Source: Chthonomonadaceae bacterium (GTDB lineage Bacteria; Armatimonadota; Chthonomonadetes; Chthonomonadales; Chthonomonadaceae). Taken from it: DNA of 47,582 bases. The stretch covers positions 1 to 47,582 of the forward strand of contig DASRGZ010000179.1 in the NCBI GenBank assembly GCA_035650735.1. Direction: 5' to 3'. The translations under genes and the position numbers were made by a program. The notes beneath the pieces were generated by a model, which made no database searches, had not been told where the DNA came from, and saw nothing but the letters and a program-made list of their open reading frames with translations. Shown here one piece after another: positions 18,766-28,408 of this stretch (its first letter is position 1; each line of letters begins with the position of its first letter).

Positions 18766-19864
18766 CTCTCGCTATTAAGGGCTCGGGACGTTTGGCCAGG
18801 ACGTAGTAGATCGTGCCGGCCAGGAAGTACTTGAGCCGGGGAACACGCAACAAGAACGGCAAACAGCGCCCCAGCGCCTCGGAAGGAACCTGCCGCACGA
18901 TATGCAGCCCCGCCTCCGTGACCAACGCCTCAAACTGATCGAAGTTGAGCCGGTTCAGGTGAATCTCGTTGCCCTCCGAAAGGCTGCGCACCCGGCAGCC
19001 CTGCGGATAGAACCCGAGCAGCCCTTTCTCCTGATCGGCGGCCAGGCGGTCGGACCAGTATTCGCACAGCGCCGCTTCGCTCACGATCCAGGTCGCCCAG
19101 GGAAAATGGATATAGGGAAACAGATGGTGTCCGCCGCGATGATGCAGATAATTATAGCCGATCAGGGCGACGCCGTCGTCTTTGAGGACGGAGGCGACGC
19201 TTTTGAGCGCGCTGCCAACGTCGCCGATGTGCTCGAAGACGGTATGCGAGAAGACGGCATCGAAGCTCCCGGCCCGGAAGGGCAGCGCCTCCGCCGAGCC
19301 GCTGGTCACGGCCAGCGCGGGGCTCTCTCCGAACCGCTTGCGTGCCCAGAGCGCTTTCTCATGCTGATATTCCAGCGAGACGACCCGCCGCGCCCCATGC
19401 TGCAAGAGCAAGGCGCTATATTGTCCCAGGCCCGATCCCAGATCGAGCACCATGCATCCCTCCAGCCACAGCCTGCGGTCATAGAGGGCGAAGTAGGGCT
19501 CCAGGCTGCTGGCGTACTCCGTCACGTAGGATTCGTAATCCGTGAACATAGACAGAGGCAGCCGGGAGCCAAAGAGCCTGTTGCCAAGGGAGATAATCGC
19601 CCGCTCCGTGCGCCGGTTCTGACCGCACAGCCCCAGCACGGCCAGCGAGAGCGCCTTGAGCGCCAGCCAGCGCCCATAGACAGAGAGCTCGGATGCCAGG
19701 CCGTACAGGTTGCGCAGGAGCGGCCCGTACTTCGGATGCCAGAGCCGGGTGCGGATGGCCGCGCGCAAGCTCCCACCTGTTTTGCCGCCGCTTCCGGACC
19801 GCGCTTGCCGTGCGCCGGATGCCGGGTTCAAGGGTTTTATCTTTTCGTCGTTCTCAAGGAACAT
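18758..19864 (-). CDS. Class I SAM-dependent methyltransferase with N-terminal extension
   Basis: VLDLGSGLG, AEALPF..GSFDAVFSHTVFEHI, LKDDG. Confidence 0.85.
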   Translation of the reverse strand: MFLENDEKIKPLNPASGARQARSGSGGKTGGSLRAAIRTRLWHPKYGPLLRNLYGLASELSVYGRWLALKALSLAVLGLCGQNRRTERAIISLGNRLFGSRLPLSMFTDYESYVTEYASSLEPYFALYDRRLWLEGCMVLDLGSGLGQYSALLLQHGARRVVSLEYQHEKALWARKRFGESPALAVTSGSAEALPFRAGSFDAVFSHTVFEHIGDVGSALKSVASVLKDDGVALIGYNYLHHRGGHHLFPYIHFPWATWIVSEAALCEYWSDRLAADQEKGLLGFYPQGCRVRSLSEGNEIHLNRLNFDQFEALVTEAGLHIVRQVPSEALGRCLPFLLRVPRLKYFLAGTIYYVLAKRPEPLIARGC

Positions 19865-19869
19865 AAGCC

Positions 19870-20136
19870 GCCCTAGAGTGCCGGGGGTTGAAAACCCCCG
19901 TCTATGTGGCCTGCGGCCAACCGTCCTGGCGGACGGAACCCTCAGCTAGAGACAGCGTCCGCCAGTCTCAAGGCAGAGGCGCGAGTGTCGCGAGGCGGAG
20001 GCGCCAACCATGGCAGCGCCGACCCTGGCAGTGGCAGTGCCGTCCCTTGCAGTCGCCTGGCGGCGCAGCCGCCCTAGAGCCGGGTATTTTCAATGCCCGG
20101 CGTTGAGTGCTCAAACGCCCCGGCTAGAGGGCGGCC
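19870..20136. repeat. Composite palindromic repeat family A, copy 2
   Basis: GCCGGGGGTTGAAAACCCCCGTCT ... GCCCTAGAGCCGGGTATTTTCAATGCCCGGC, similar to 15720-15898 and 22075-22531. Confidence 0.85.
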
Positions 20137-20708
20137 TTGACCGCATCGGCGAGCGCGGCGGTTCTGCGGCTGCCGATGACCCGGGCCGGAACGCCGACCG
20201 CAATCGCCTCCGCCGGAATATCTTTGGTGACGACGGCGCCCGCGCCGATCACGGCGCCCCGCCCAATACGCACGCCGTCCAGCACCGTCACGTGCGCGCC
20301 CAGCCAAACGTTGTCCTCGATCTGGATGCCCTTGCAGGTCAGGCCCTGCTGGTTGATCGGCACGTCCAGACGGTCGAAGTTATGGTTGGCCGGGATAATC
20401 ACGCAGGAGGTGGCGATCAGCACGTCGTCGCCGATCTCCAGGCCGCCGTGCCCGTAGAGTACGCAGTAGGGATTGATGCCGGTCCGGCGTCCGATGCGGA
20501 TATTGCCTCCGTAGGTATGGATCAGGGCGCCCCGCAGCACATAGCTCTGCTCGCCAAGCGAGATGTTGTCGCCCCGCCAGGCCACCACCTCCGCGCCCGC
20601 CCCGACGTAGGCCCCCGGCCCGATCCGCACCTCCCCGCGCACTTTGGCCCCGAGATCCACGCAGCGCCACCCCAGCCGCCGGCATATCTTGCCTCTCAGG
20701 CTGAACAT
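20124..20708 (-). CDS. Hexapeptide-repeat (left-handed beta-helix) acyltransferase
   Basis: IEDNVWLGAHVTVLDGVRIGRGAVIGAGAVVTKDIP..AVGVPARVI; ATG at 20708 overlaps the end of the flippase gene. Confidence 0.88.
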   Translation of the reverse strand: MFSLRGKICRRLGWRCVDLGAKVRGEVRIGPGAYVGAGAEVVAWRGDNISLGEQSYVLRGALIHTYGGNIRIGRRTGINPYCVLYGHGGLEIGDDVLIATSCVIIPANHNFDRLDVPINQQGLTCKGIQIEDNVWLGAHVTVLDGVRIGRGAVIGAGAVVTKDIPAEAIAVGVPARVIGSRRTAALADAVKAAL

Positions 20709-22021
20709 CGCGCCCGCTCCAGATTGCGCGCCAGGCCGCGAACCACATATGCGATGCCGATAGCCGCCTGCAACGAGATGGCCAGCACGTAGGCCCAGGC
20801 CGGCCCGAACCGGCTCGACACCGGGAAGAGCAGATAGCTCATCACAAGCTGGGTACAGTAACCGGCGACATAGGTCCCGGCGGCGGTGTGCGAGCGGTCG
20901 GCGCTGAGCAGGGGCATCAGGGTCACCCACAGAATAATGGAGGGCGGCAGGGACCAGATGAGCACCCGAAACAGGCCGGTCGTCTTCATCACCGAAGCGA
21001 GGTCAAAGCGCCCGCCCCCATACAGGACATGAATGAGAGGCGTCGCAAACAGGCTGATCGCGGTGACGGCGATGGCGCTGGCCACCAGGCAGAACGCCAG
21101 GCAGCGCAGGAAGATCGCTCGCGCCGTCACCATATCACCGACCTCGTAAGAGCGGATATATTCCGGCCCGGCGGAGAGCGCCAGCGGCTTGCCGAGCAGC
21201 ATGGAGAGCGGCGCGGAGAGGCTAAACGCATAGGTCAGCGCGGCGGTGGTTCCCGGCCCATCTAGCGTCGCCAGACGGCGCATATAGGACATACTGACCT
21301 GGGAAAACACCGCGGCGACCAGAAAGCCCATCCCCTGCTGCGCGATGCCGATAAACTCCGGCTGGCTCCAGTGCAGCGTGGGCCGATAGCGAATGCCGGT
21401 CGTCCGGCGCATCAGATTCCACTGATAGGCCATCACCAGCGCGCTGAAGGCTACCAGCCCCACCGCGACCTGCATCAGCGTATAGTGCTGCCTCAGAATC
21501 AGCACGCCCACGATCACCCCCAACCGCGTGATCAACTGACAGAACTCCATCGTCACCGGCACGGCATAGGCGATCAGAACGGCGCTCAAGTAGGTGCTGA
21601 TGCCCAGCGTGAACACCAGCGGACACATCGCCACAATGAGGCGCTGCGTCTCCTGCTGCATCTGTGGGGAGAGGCCCGGCGCCAGCAGTCCGGTGAGCGG
21701 ACGCGACAGGAGCATGCAGAGAAGCACAAAGCCCCCGCCCAGGCAGAGCATGCAGGTTAGCACCGTCGAGAAGACCGAGTCGATATGCCGGGACTCGTTG
21801 GCCAGCATCTTCGAGAATTGGGTCGTGATGATGCTGTGCAGGAAGGTAAACCCGCTGACGCTCATGACGATGAACGGCACGGAGTAGGCGATGTCGAACC
21901 CGTCCTTTTGCGCCGACGTTCCAAATTTGAGCGCCAGAACTTTCAGGAACAGGTAGCCGACGAGGGAGTTGAGCCCGATCTGTATGGTTAAAGGCCCGCG
22001 ACTAAGCGATTTAATCTTCAT
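20696..22021 (-). CDS. MurJ/MviN-like (MOP superfamily) oligosaccharide flippase
   Basis: FGTSAQKDGFDIAYSVP, LLAPG, ALTYA, VLYGGGRFD; many TM segments. Confidence 0.78.
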   Translation of the reverse strand: MKIKSLSRGPLTIQIGLNSLVGYLFLKVLALKFGTSAQKDGFDIAYSVPFIVMSVSGFTFLHSIITTQFSKMLANESRHIDSVFSTVLTCMLCLGGGFVLLCMLLSRPLTGLLAPGLSPQMQQETQRLIVAMCPLVFTLGISTYLSAVLIAYAVPVTMEFCQLITRLGVIVGVLILRQHYTLMQVAVGLVAFSALVMAYQWNLMRRTTGIRYRPTLHWSQPEFIGIAQQGMGFLVAAVFSQVSMSYMRRLATLDGPGTTAALTYAFSLSAPLSMLLGKPLALSAGPEYIRSYEVGDMVTARAIFLRCLAFCLVASAIAVTAISLFATPLIHVLYGGGRFDLASVMKTTGLFRVLIWSLPPSIILWVTLMPLLSADRSHTAAGTYVAGYCTQLVMSYLLFPVSSRFGPAWAYVLAISLQAAIGIAYVVRGLARNLERARCSA

Positions 22022-22074
22022 GTTTTGATCATATCTACCATAGGGCCGACTTGACGCAGCCGGCCTGGCCGAAG

Positions 22075-22531
22075 GCCCTAGAGCCGGGGGTTGAAAACCT
22101 CCGATCCGTGCCGGGCATGGAAAATACCCGGCTAGAGGGCGGCTGCGCCGCCAACCGTCCTACCGGACGGGAAAACGGGCCTATCGGCAGGTGGCTGCCT
22201 TCGTAGAGCGGGAAGAACCTGCCGCTACGGAGCGTCCGCTAGTCGCAAGGCCGAGCCGCGAACCGTTGAGCGGCGTCCCTTGCAGTCGCTTGGCCGTTAG
22301 GCCCTAGAGCCGGGGGTTGAAAACCATCACGCCCGGCCTGCGCATGACGCTCTATCCTCTCGTAGGCCCTAGAGCCGGGGGTTGAACCCCGGTCCTAGCC
22401 GGGGGTTGAAAACCCCCGTCTGTAGGGCGGCTGCGCCGCCAACCGTCCTTCGGGCGGAAACTCCTGCGGGACAGGAGCGTCCGTGAGGACGCTTGGCCGC
22501 AGGCCCTAGAGCCGGGTACTTTCAGTGCCCG
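22075..22531. repeat. Cluster of family A repeat units (two composite copies plus extra terminal hairpins)
   Basis: GGCCCTAGAGCCGGGGGTTG recurs at about 22075, 22299 and 22366; GGGCGGCTGCGCCGCCAACCGTCCT occurs twice. Confidence 0.88.
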
Positions 22532-22574
22532 ACAAAGCCCGATTGCCTATCCCTGCCATCGAGCAGACAAGGGC

Positions 22575-24092
22575 TCAGGAAGCCCCGACGCCATCCCGGG
22601 CCTGGGTCTTTTCGTCCTCATGGACTATTCGCTGCCGGGTCACCGCCGTGCGCCACAGGCTCATGAATTCGAGTTGCGCCCAGCCGGCCAGCAGCGCCAG
22701 GGTGAGAAAGCCGCACATGAGCCCCAATTTGAGCATTCCCGGCGAGCCCGATTTGGGCGGCAGCGCCGAATCCACCACGCGCATTCGATTTTGGGCCGAC
22801 ACCACCTGCATAGAGAGCGTGGCCGCCTGTGAGGCCGCCGCCTTCAGCACCTCTAAGCGCAGGGTGACCTCGTTGCGCAGGCGCTCAAACTCCGTGGAAT
22901 ACTCGCGGCCCTTCTGGGTCTTCTGCTCTGCCTCGGCGATCTGGCGCTTGACGGTGGCATATTTGGTTTTCAGGGCATCCAGGCGCACCTGGGCCTCCAC
23001 CCTGTCGGTCGTGTAGCCCTTGCGCACCGTCTGAATCTGTTCCTGCAATTTGGCTTCCGCCAGGCGCAGCCGTTCCCTTTCGGCGATCACGCGCGGGTGG
23101 GCCGGCCCGTACTGGATCTGGAGGTTATCCAGGCGCGTCCGAGCCGCGTTGACGGCGGCGCGCGCCGCCGTCAGCAGCGGGTCTTCGCTGGGCAGCGCCC
23201 CCACGTTGCTGAGCTGGTTTTCCTGTAGGCGCGCTCCCATGTCCAGAGCCGCCTCCGTCGAGGCGATCTCCGACTCCAGCGTGGCGCGCTGGGCATAGAG
23301 CGTCTGCAACTCCCTCAGGCCGGCATCCAGGTTGCCATCGGTATCGGAACCGGAGGCGGAGCGCGTGGAGGAACCGGAGCCGGACGCACTGCCGGCCCGT
23401 TCCGGCAGAGTCAGGGAGCTTCCGATGGGAGCGCCGCGCAGGCGGGCGAAATCCATCAGGCGCTCTGTGGCGGCGTCGTAGGCCTGGCGGGCCTGGCGTA
23501 TCTGCCGCCCTGCCGCTTGCAGCAGGATGGCGTCGCTATCCATGTCGGAAGTCGTCAGGTAGTTGCGCAGGCGGTCGGCATAGAGATTGGTAGCGCGCGC
23601 CACAGCCGCTCGGACCTTGCTTCTGAATTGGGAGGCGCCAGGAGCCAGCCGTGGGGGGCCGGGCAGGGAGAGGCTGATATAGAGGAGACCATCGCGCGTG
23701 CTGTCGGTCACCGAAAGGCCGCGCATGATCATGTCTATGGCTTCATCCTCGGAGGGAAGCCCATAGAGCGCCTGTAGCCCTACTTGCTTCTCAATCGCGG
23801 TGGCAAAGCTGCGGCTGCGAATGACGCCGATATATTTGCTGGCGGGGCTGGTTGTCAGGCCGCTCATCGTGGCAAACAGTCCGTTCGCCCCTCCCGTGGA
23901 GGCCACAAAGGAGAGCGAGAGCCGGGAAGAGAACGATTGCGGCACAAAGAGCAGACTGGCGGCCATTAAGCCGGCAAAAACGACGACCCCGGTAAGAAAC
24001 CAGGTGCGCAAGCGCTGTCTCAAGAACAGCCCGAGAGCTTCCGATTTGCTGGAAACCTGGAGAGGGTCTATCTGGATCTTGTGTACGATCAT
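22575..24092 (-). CDS. Wzz/GumC-like polysaccharide co-polymerase (chain-length determinant) without kinase domain
   Basis: N- and C-terminal TM segments, VIRSRS, coiled-coil region, YGPAHPRVI, RVVDSALPP; start uncertain. Confidence 0.75.
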   Translation of the reverse strand: MIVHKIQIDPLQVSSKSEALGLFLRQRLRTWFLTGVVVFAGLMAASLLFVPQSFSSRLSLSFVASTGGANGLFATMSGLTTSPASKYIGVIRSRSFATAIEKQVGLQALYGLPSEDEAIDMIMRGLSVTDSTRDGLLYISLSLPGPPRLAPGASQFRSKVRAAVARATNLYADRLRNYLTTSDMDSDAILLQAAGRQIRQARQAYDAATERLMDFARLRGAPIGSSLTLPERAGSASGSGSSTRSASGSDTDGNLDAGLRELQTLYAQRATLESEIASTEAALDMGARLQENQLSNVGALPSEDPLLTAARAAVNAARTRLDNLQIQYGPAHPRVIAERERLRLAEAKLQEQIQTVRKGYTTDRVEAQVRLDALKTKYATVKRQIAEAEQKTQKGREYSTEFERLRNEVTLRLEVLKAAASQAATLSMQVVSAQNRMRVVDSALPPKSGSPGMLKLGLMCGFLTLALLAGWAQLEFMSLWRTAVTRQRIVHEDEKTQARDGVGAS

Positions 24093-24174
24093 ATTTTGTC
24101 TTGCTACATTTCTGGGGCAGCAGCCGCTATGCAGGCCGTTAAGCGTGCCTACCAAAACGTGGCTGTCAGGCTCT

Positions 24175-24212
24175 CCCCTCACCCCGGCCCTCTCCCTGCA
24201 AGGCAGAGGGAG
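24175..24212. repeat. REP-like hairpin family B
   Basis: CCCCTCACCCCGGCCCTCTCCCTGCAAGGCAGAGGGAG; related copies at 38886, 42297 and 47259-47420. Confidence 0.8.
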
Positions 24213-24231
24213 TACGGTTATGTGAGACGCT

Positions 24232-26229
24232 CTAAATCGCCTGGCGCATCTCCGCTTCCCGGGCGGGTTCGGGAGCGGCGTCGGCAATGACGGCATGATC
24301 GCCGTACTTGCGGAAACCGGGCTCAAAGACCTGGATGAGCCGCATTATCTCTTGCTTGTTGCCCCGCTGGGCGGCGGCGATTAATGCCGCCAGGTTCTCG
24401 TCGAACTGCTCGATGGGAAAATCCGCGGGCGCGGCGACATAGATGCGCTCGTGACGCGTCACCGTCGCCCCCTCCTCCGCCGTAAGCAGCTCCTCAAACA
24501 GCTTTTCACCCGGCTTGAGTCCCGTGATCTTGACGGGCACATCCTTGCCCGGCACCAGGCCGGAGAGGCGGATCAGGTTGTGGGCCAGGTCCAGGATACG
24601 GATGGGCTTGCCCATGTCCAGCATGTAGATGGTGCCGCGCCCGCCGATGGCGCCCGCCTGAATGACCAGGTGAACTGCCTCGGGGATGGTCATAAAGTAG
24701 CGCATGACCTCCGGGTGGGTCACGGTCACCGGCCCACCCCGCGCGATCTGCTTTTGCATCAAGGGCACGACGCTGCCCCGGCTGCCCAGCACGTTGCCGA
24801 AGCGCACCGTGGCGCACTCCATAAACGTGCGGCGGCTCTCGGCCTGCACCACCATCTCGGCGATGCGCTTAGAGGCGCCCATCACGCTCGTCGGGTTGAC
24901 CGCCTTATCGGTCGAGATCATGACGAAACGCTTGACGCCGGTCTGGGCGGCGATGCGCACCAGATTGCGGGAGCCCAGGACGTTATTGGTGATCGCCTCC
25001 TCCGGATTGGCTTCCATCAGAGAAACGTGCTTGTGCGCGGCGGCGTGAAACACGACCGTGGGCCGGTGGCGCTGGAACAACTGCATCAGCCGGTCGTAAT
25101 CGCGCACGTCGGCAATCAGGCAGGTAGGCGTGACCTCATATTCGCGCCGCAGCTCCTGCTCGATCTCAAAGACGGAGTTCTCGCCGTGCCCCAGCAGCAG
25201 GATCTCCGCCGGCTTGCTCAGCACGATCTGGCGCACCAACTCCGAGCCGATGGAGCCGCCCGCCCCGGTCACCAGCACGCGCTCGCCCCGCAGATAGGCG
25301 GCGCTCTCCTCGTTATCTACCGAATGGATCGCCCGTGACAGCAAATCCTCCACCGAGACATCCCGCAGGCGCTGCAGCCGCTCATCGCCGTCCATCCCGG
25401 CAAAGCCGGTGGCGATCTGAAAGCGCACCTTGCAGCCTTCGCAGCGCCGGGCCAGCTCCCGCAGCAGAGGGCCGGTCGCCGGGGTCACGGCGACGATCAC
25501 GTTGTCCACGTCCTTGCGGGTGACGATCTGACGGATCTCCTCGGTCGTGCCCAGCACGGGAGCGCCGTCCAGAAGCACATTCTGCTTCCGGGGGTCGTCA
25601 TCCACGAAGCCGACCAGCTGGCAGTTGCCCCCCGAATAGCGATGGATCTCGCGCGCCAGGCCGACCCCGTTGGGGCCGGCCCCCACGATCAGGATGCGCC
25701 GCTGGCGGTCGTGGTCCACAGGCTGCGGGCGCGCCTCCAGCAGCAGCCGGTAGGCCATACGGCTGCCCGCAATGAGAAAGAAGTTGACGAACCAGTCAAT
25801 GGCGACCACGCTCCACGGGAGCGCATCGAGATGGGCCGCAATGCGATAGCCGGTCAGGAGCACGCTGCCCAGCGTGGTAGCGAGGGCGAGCGCCACCAGG
25901 TCCCGCGCGCCCGTGTAGCGCGCCATGATCCGATACACGCGCAAGAGGACCAGCGAGAACAGACGCAGGCCCACCGCCGGCAGCGCTATCGCCAGGTAGA
26001 GCGCCAGCCAGTACGGGCGCAGGGCCGGCTCCCCCAGGCGCAGGCTGAAGGCGATATAGAGAGAAGCGGCGGTGCAGAGCGCATCCAGGGCGCACAGGGC
26101 CAGCCGCTTCGGGTAGAGAATCCCGGATTGGGTCGAGCGCCGCCAGGCGGCGCGCAGGTTCCACCGGCTCGGCACGGATTGGCTAGCGAACGCGGGTCCA
26201 CTGGAAGAACCCGGCAGACTTGCTGACAT
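24232..26229 (-). CDS. PglF/CapD/WbpM-family membrane-bound UDP-GlcNAc 4,6-dehydratase
   Basis: N-terminal TMs, VGAG, VTGAGGSIGSEL, HAAAHKHV, ISTDKAVNPTSVMGASKR, VRFGNVLGSRGSV, GLKPGEKLFEEL. Confidence 0.93.
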   Translation of the reverse strand: MSASLPGSSSGPAFASQSVPSRWNLRAAWRRSTQSGILYPKRLALCALDALCTAASLYIAFSLRLGEPALRPYWLALYLAIALPAVGLRLFSLVLLRVYRIMARYTGARDLVALALATTLGSVLLTGYRIAAHLDALPWSVVAIDWFVNFFLIAGSRMAYRLLLEARPQPVDHDRQRRILIVGAGPNGVGLAREIHRYSGGNCQLVGFVDDDPRKQNVLLDGAPVLGTTEEIRQIVTRKDVDNVIVAVTPATGPLLRELARRCEGCKVRFQIATGFAGMDGDERLQRLRDVSVEDLLSRAIHSVDNEESAAYLRGERVLVTGAGGSIGSELVRQIVLSKPAEILLLGHGENSVFEIEQELRREYEVTPTCLIADVRDYDRLMQLFQRHRPTVVFHAAAHKHVSLMEANPEEAITNNVLGSRNLVRIAAQTGVKRFVMISTDKAVNPTSVMGASKRIAEMVVQAESRRTFMECATVRFGNVLGSRGSVVPLMQKQIARGGPVTVTHPEVMRYFMTIPEAVHLVIQAGAIGGRGTIYMLDMGKPIRILDLAHNLIRLSGLVPGKDVPVKITGLKPGEKLFEELLTAEEGATVTRHERIYVAAPADFPIEQFDENLAALIAAAQRGNKQEIMRLIQVFEPGFRKYGDHAVIADAAPEPAREAEMRQAI

Positions 26230-26264
26230 AGCAACCTCTCCAAGTGAGTTCTGCGGTGGCTGCG

Positions 26265-27062
26265 CTACGCGCCTGCCCCCTCGGCCCGGCTCAGGCTCCC
26301 AATCGCATAGATCACCTTATGATCTGAGATGGGCTGCCGGCCATCCACCTCCACCAGAGGCTCTATGGGCGCCATGTTCTCGCCCAGCTCGACGGGCAGA
26401 GGCACCAGCTTGCCGTAGAGCAGGCGCTTGAGCTTCTCCTTGCCCCCCATCGTCTTGGGGATCAGGTGCAGGTCTACGGCCAGCTTACGGATTCCCCCCA
26501 GCGCCTTGCTCTTGAGCCCGGTGCGGACATCCGGGAACCCGGCCAGCAGCTTGACCTGAAAGCCCACCTCGGCGAGCAGTTCCTTTAGCTCCCCGGCGGA
26601 GTAGTAGCGGTGGCTGAACGGGCTGGGATTGAACAGGTTCCACTCCCGGTTGGCCGAGCAGATAAACAGGGTGCCGTCGTCGCGCAGCACCCGGCGGGCC
26701 TCGGCCACGAACCGCTCCGCCTGCGGCAGATAGTAGATGGCTTCCAGCAGCAGAACGACGTCGAAGCTTTTGTCCGGGAAGGGCAGGTTTTGCGCATCCA
26801 GTTGGTGCAGCTCGATTCGGTTCCCATAGTGGCTGCGGGCCAGATCCACCATCTTAGGATCATAATCCCCGCCGACGACCCGCCGGGCCTTGCGGGCGAT
26901 ATAGCCCAATCCGGTGCCGGTGCCGCAGGCGACCTCCAGCACCTCTTTGCCTGCGCACAGGCGACGGGCTAGGTCATAGCGCGTACAGAGCATGGAGAGC
27001 TGCTCAGGCGTCGCGCCTGCGCCGGGCAGTTCCGTAACGGTTGTGTAGCTGGTTGCTGGCAT
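26265..27062 (-). CDS. Class I SAM-dependent methyltransferase
   Basis: VLEVACGTGTG, DAQNLPFPDKSFDVV, RRVLRDDG. Confidence 0.9.
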   Translation of the reverse strand: MPATSYTTVTELPGAGATPEQLSMLCTRYDLARRLCAGKEVLEVACGTGTGLGYIARKARRVVGGDYDPKMVDLARSHYGNRIELHQLDAQNLPFPDKSFDVVLLLEAIYYLPQAERFVAEARRVLRDDGTLFICSANREWNLFNPSPFSHRYYSAGELKELLAEVGFQVKLLAGFPDVRTGLKSKALGGIRKLAVDLHLIPKTMGGKEKLKRLLYGKLVPLPVELGENMAPIEPLVEVDGRQPISDHKVIYAIGSLSRAEGAGA

Positions 27063-27076
27063 GAGGCGACCTCCCG

Positions 27077-28189
27077 TCAGGCGTTATAGAACCGGCGAAT
27101 CGCCTCGGCGACGTAGTCAATCTGAGAGTCCTGCAATTCCGGATGCATCGGCAGCATCAGGACCTTGCGGAACAGCTCCTCGGTGCGCGGCAGGCGGAAA
27201 TGCGAGAGCCCCAGGGCCGGGAACTGATGCACGGCGCGCCCGCCCCAGGGAAGCATGGTCTCGACGCCGCTGGCCTTCAGATGGGCCACCAGGCCATCGC
27301 GGTCTTCGGCCTCGATCTCGTAGTTCTGGAACACATCATGATAGCGCCCGTTGGTCTCCGGGGGCGGAGGCAGGCGCAGCTGCTCGATGCCGGACAGCCG
27401 CTCATGATAGAGCCGGGCCAGCGCGCGGCGCCGCCCCAGCCACTCCGGCAGGCGCTTGAGCTTGAGGTCCAGCAGGGCGGCGTGCAGGTTATCCATGCGG
27501 CAGTTGAAGGACCAGCCGGCGAGGTCGCCATTGGGCATGCGCCCGTGGTCGCGCAGTTGGCGCACCTTCTGAGCGATCTCTTCGCTGTTGGTGACGACCG
27601 CTCCGGCGTCTCCAAAGGCGCCCAGGAGCTTGGCTGGATAGAAGCTGAAGCAGCCGGCCAGGCCCCAATTGCCGCCCTTCTTGCCGTCCACAGACCCGCC
27701 AAGCGCCTGCGCCGTATCCTCGATCACCAGCAGATTGTGCTTGCGGGCGATGGCCGAGAGCGCTTCCATATCGCACAGACGCCCGTTGAGATGCACCGGC
27801 AGGATCGCTTTGGTGCGCGGGGTGATGGCAGCCTCGACCTTGCTGACATCCATATTATGGTCGTCGCCGATGTCAACGAGGATCGGCGTCCCCCCGGCGT
27901 GGTGGATGGCGGCGATGGTGGCCACAAACGTATGGGCGACCGAGATCACCTCGTCGCCCGGCCCGATGCCCGCCGCGCGCAGGGTCAGGTGCAGCGCATC
28001 GGTGCAGTTACTCGTGCCGACGGCGTAGCTGGTTCCCACAAACTGGGCTAGGTTATTCTCAAAGTCGCGCAGTTGCTGACGCAGCATCAGGTCGCCTTTG
28101 GAGAGTACGGTATGGATAGTGTCCATAATCTCGGCTTCCATGTTGCGAAACTGCGTCGGGTAATCAATATAGCGCACTGTCCAGCTCAT
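27077..28189 (-). CDS. DegT/DnrJ/EryC1/StrS family sugar aminotransferase
   Basis: NCTDAL, PGDEVI, PVHLNG, IEDTAQA, SFYPAKLLGAFGDAG. Confidence 0.93.
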   Translation of the reverse strand: MSWTVRYIDYPTQFRNMEAEIMDTIHTVLSKGDLMLRQQLRDFENNLAQFVGTSYAVGTSNCTDALHLTLRAAGIGPGDEVISVAHTFVATIAAIHHAGGTPILVDIGDDHNMDVSKVEAAITPRTKAILPVHLNGRLCDMEALSAIARKHNLLVIEDTAQALGGSVDGKKGGNWGLAGCFSFYPAKLLGAFGDAGAVVTNSEEIAQKVRQLRDHGRMPNGDLAGWSFNCRMDNLHAALLDLKLKRLPEWLGRRRALARLYHERLSGIEQLRLPPPPETNGRYHDVFQNYEIEAEDRDGLVAHLKASGVETMLPWGGRAVHQFPALGLSHFRLPRTEELFRKVLMLPMHPELQDSQIDYVAEAIRRFYNA

Positions 28190-28265
28190 TGCATCTTCCT
28201 TCTGACTTAAAATGTTCCTCTGCTACAAGGGAATAAATTCCTTCGCTGGGTGGCGTTCCGCCCAG

Positions 28266-28408
28266 TGACTGCAAGGGTCGGCGCTGCAATGGTTCGCGCC
28301 TCCGCCTAGCGACCCCTGCGGGGACACAACCTTTCGCTAGGCTTTTTGGTGTCCCCGCCGGGGGACACTAAGCCGAAGGCTACCCAGCGAAGGGCTTTAG
28401 CCCGTCGT
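28266..28408. repeat. Mixed palindromic repeats: inverted hairpin module, GTGTCCC/GGGACAC hairpin and family D hairpin
   Basis: 28271-28310 matches 15823-15862 in reverse; GTGTCCCCGCCGGGGGACAC; AGCGAAGGGCTTTAGCCCGTCG related to 35055-35077. Confidence 0.75.

Noticed and set aside
22075..22531. Possible CRISPR array (recurring GGCCCTAGAGCCGGGGGTTG)
   Set aside because: Spacing is irregular, the intervening sequences are themselves repeats found elsewhere, and there are no cas genes
24093..24326. N-terminal extension of the Wzz-like ORF
   Set aside because: It overlaps the pglF-like gene and reads through a REP hairpin (LPLPCRERAGVRG), typical of translated repeat
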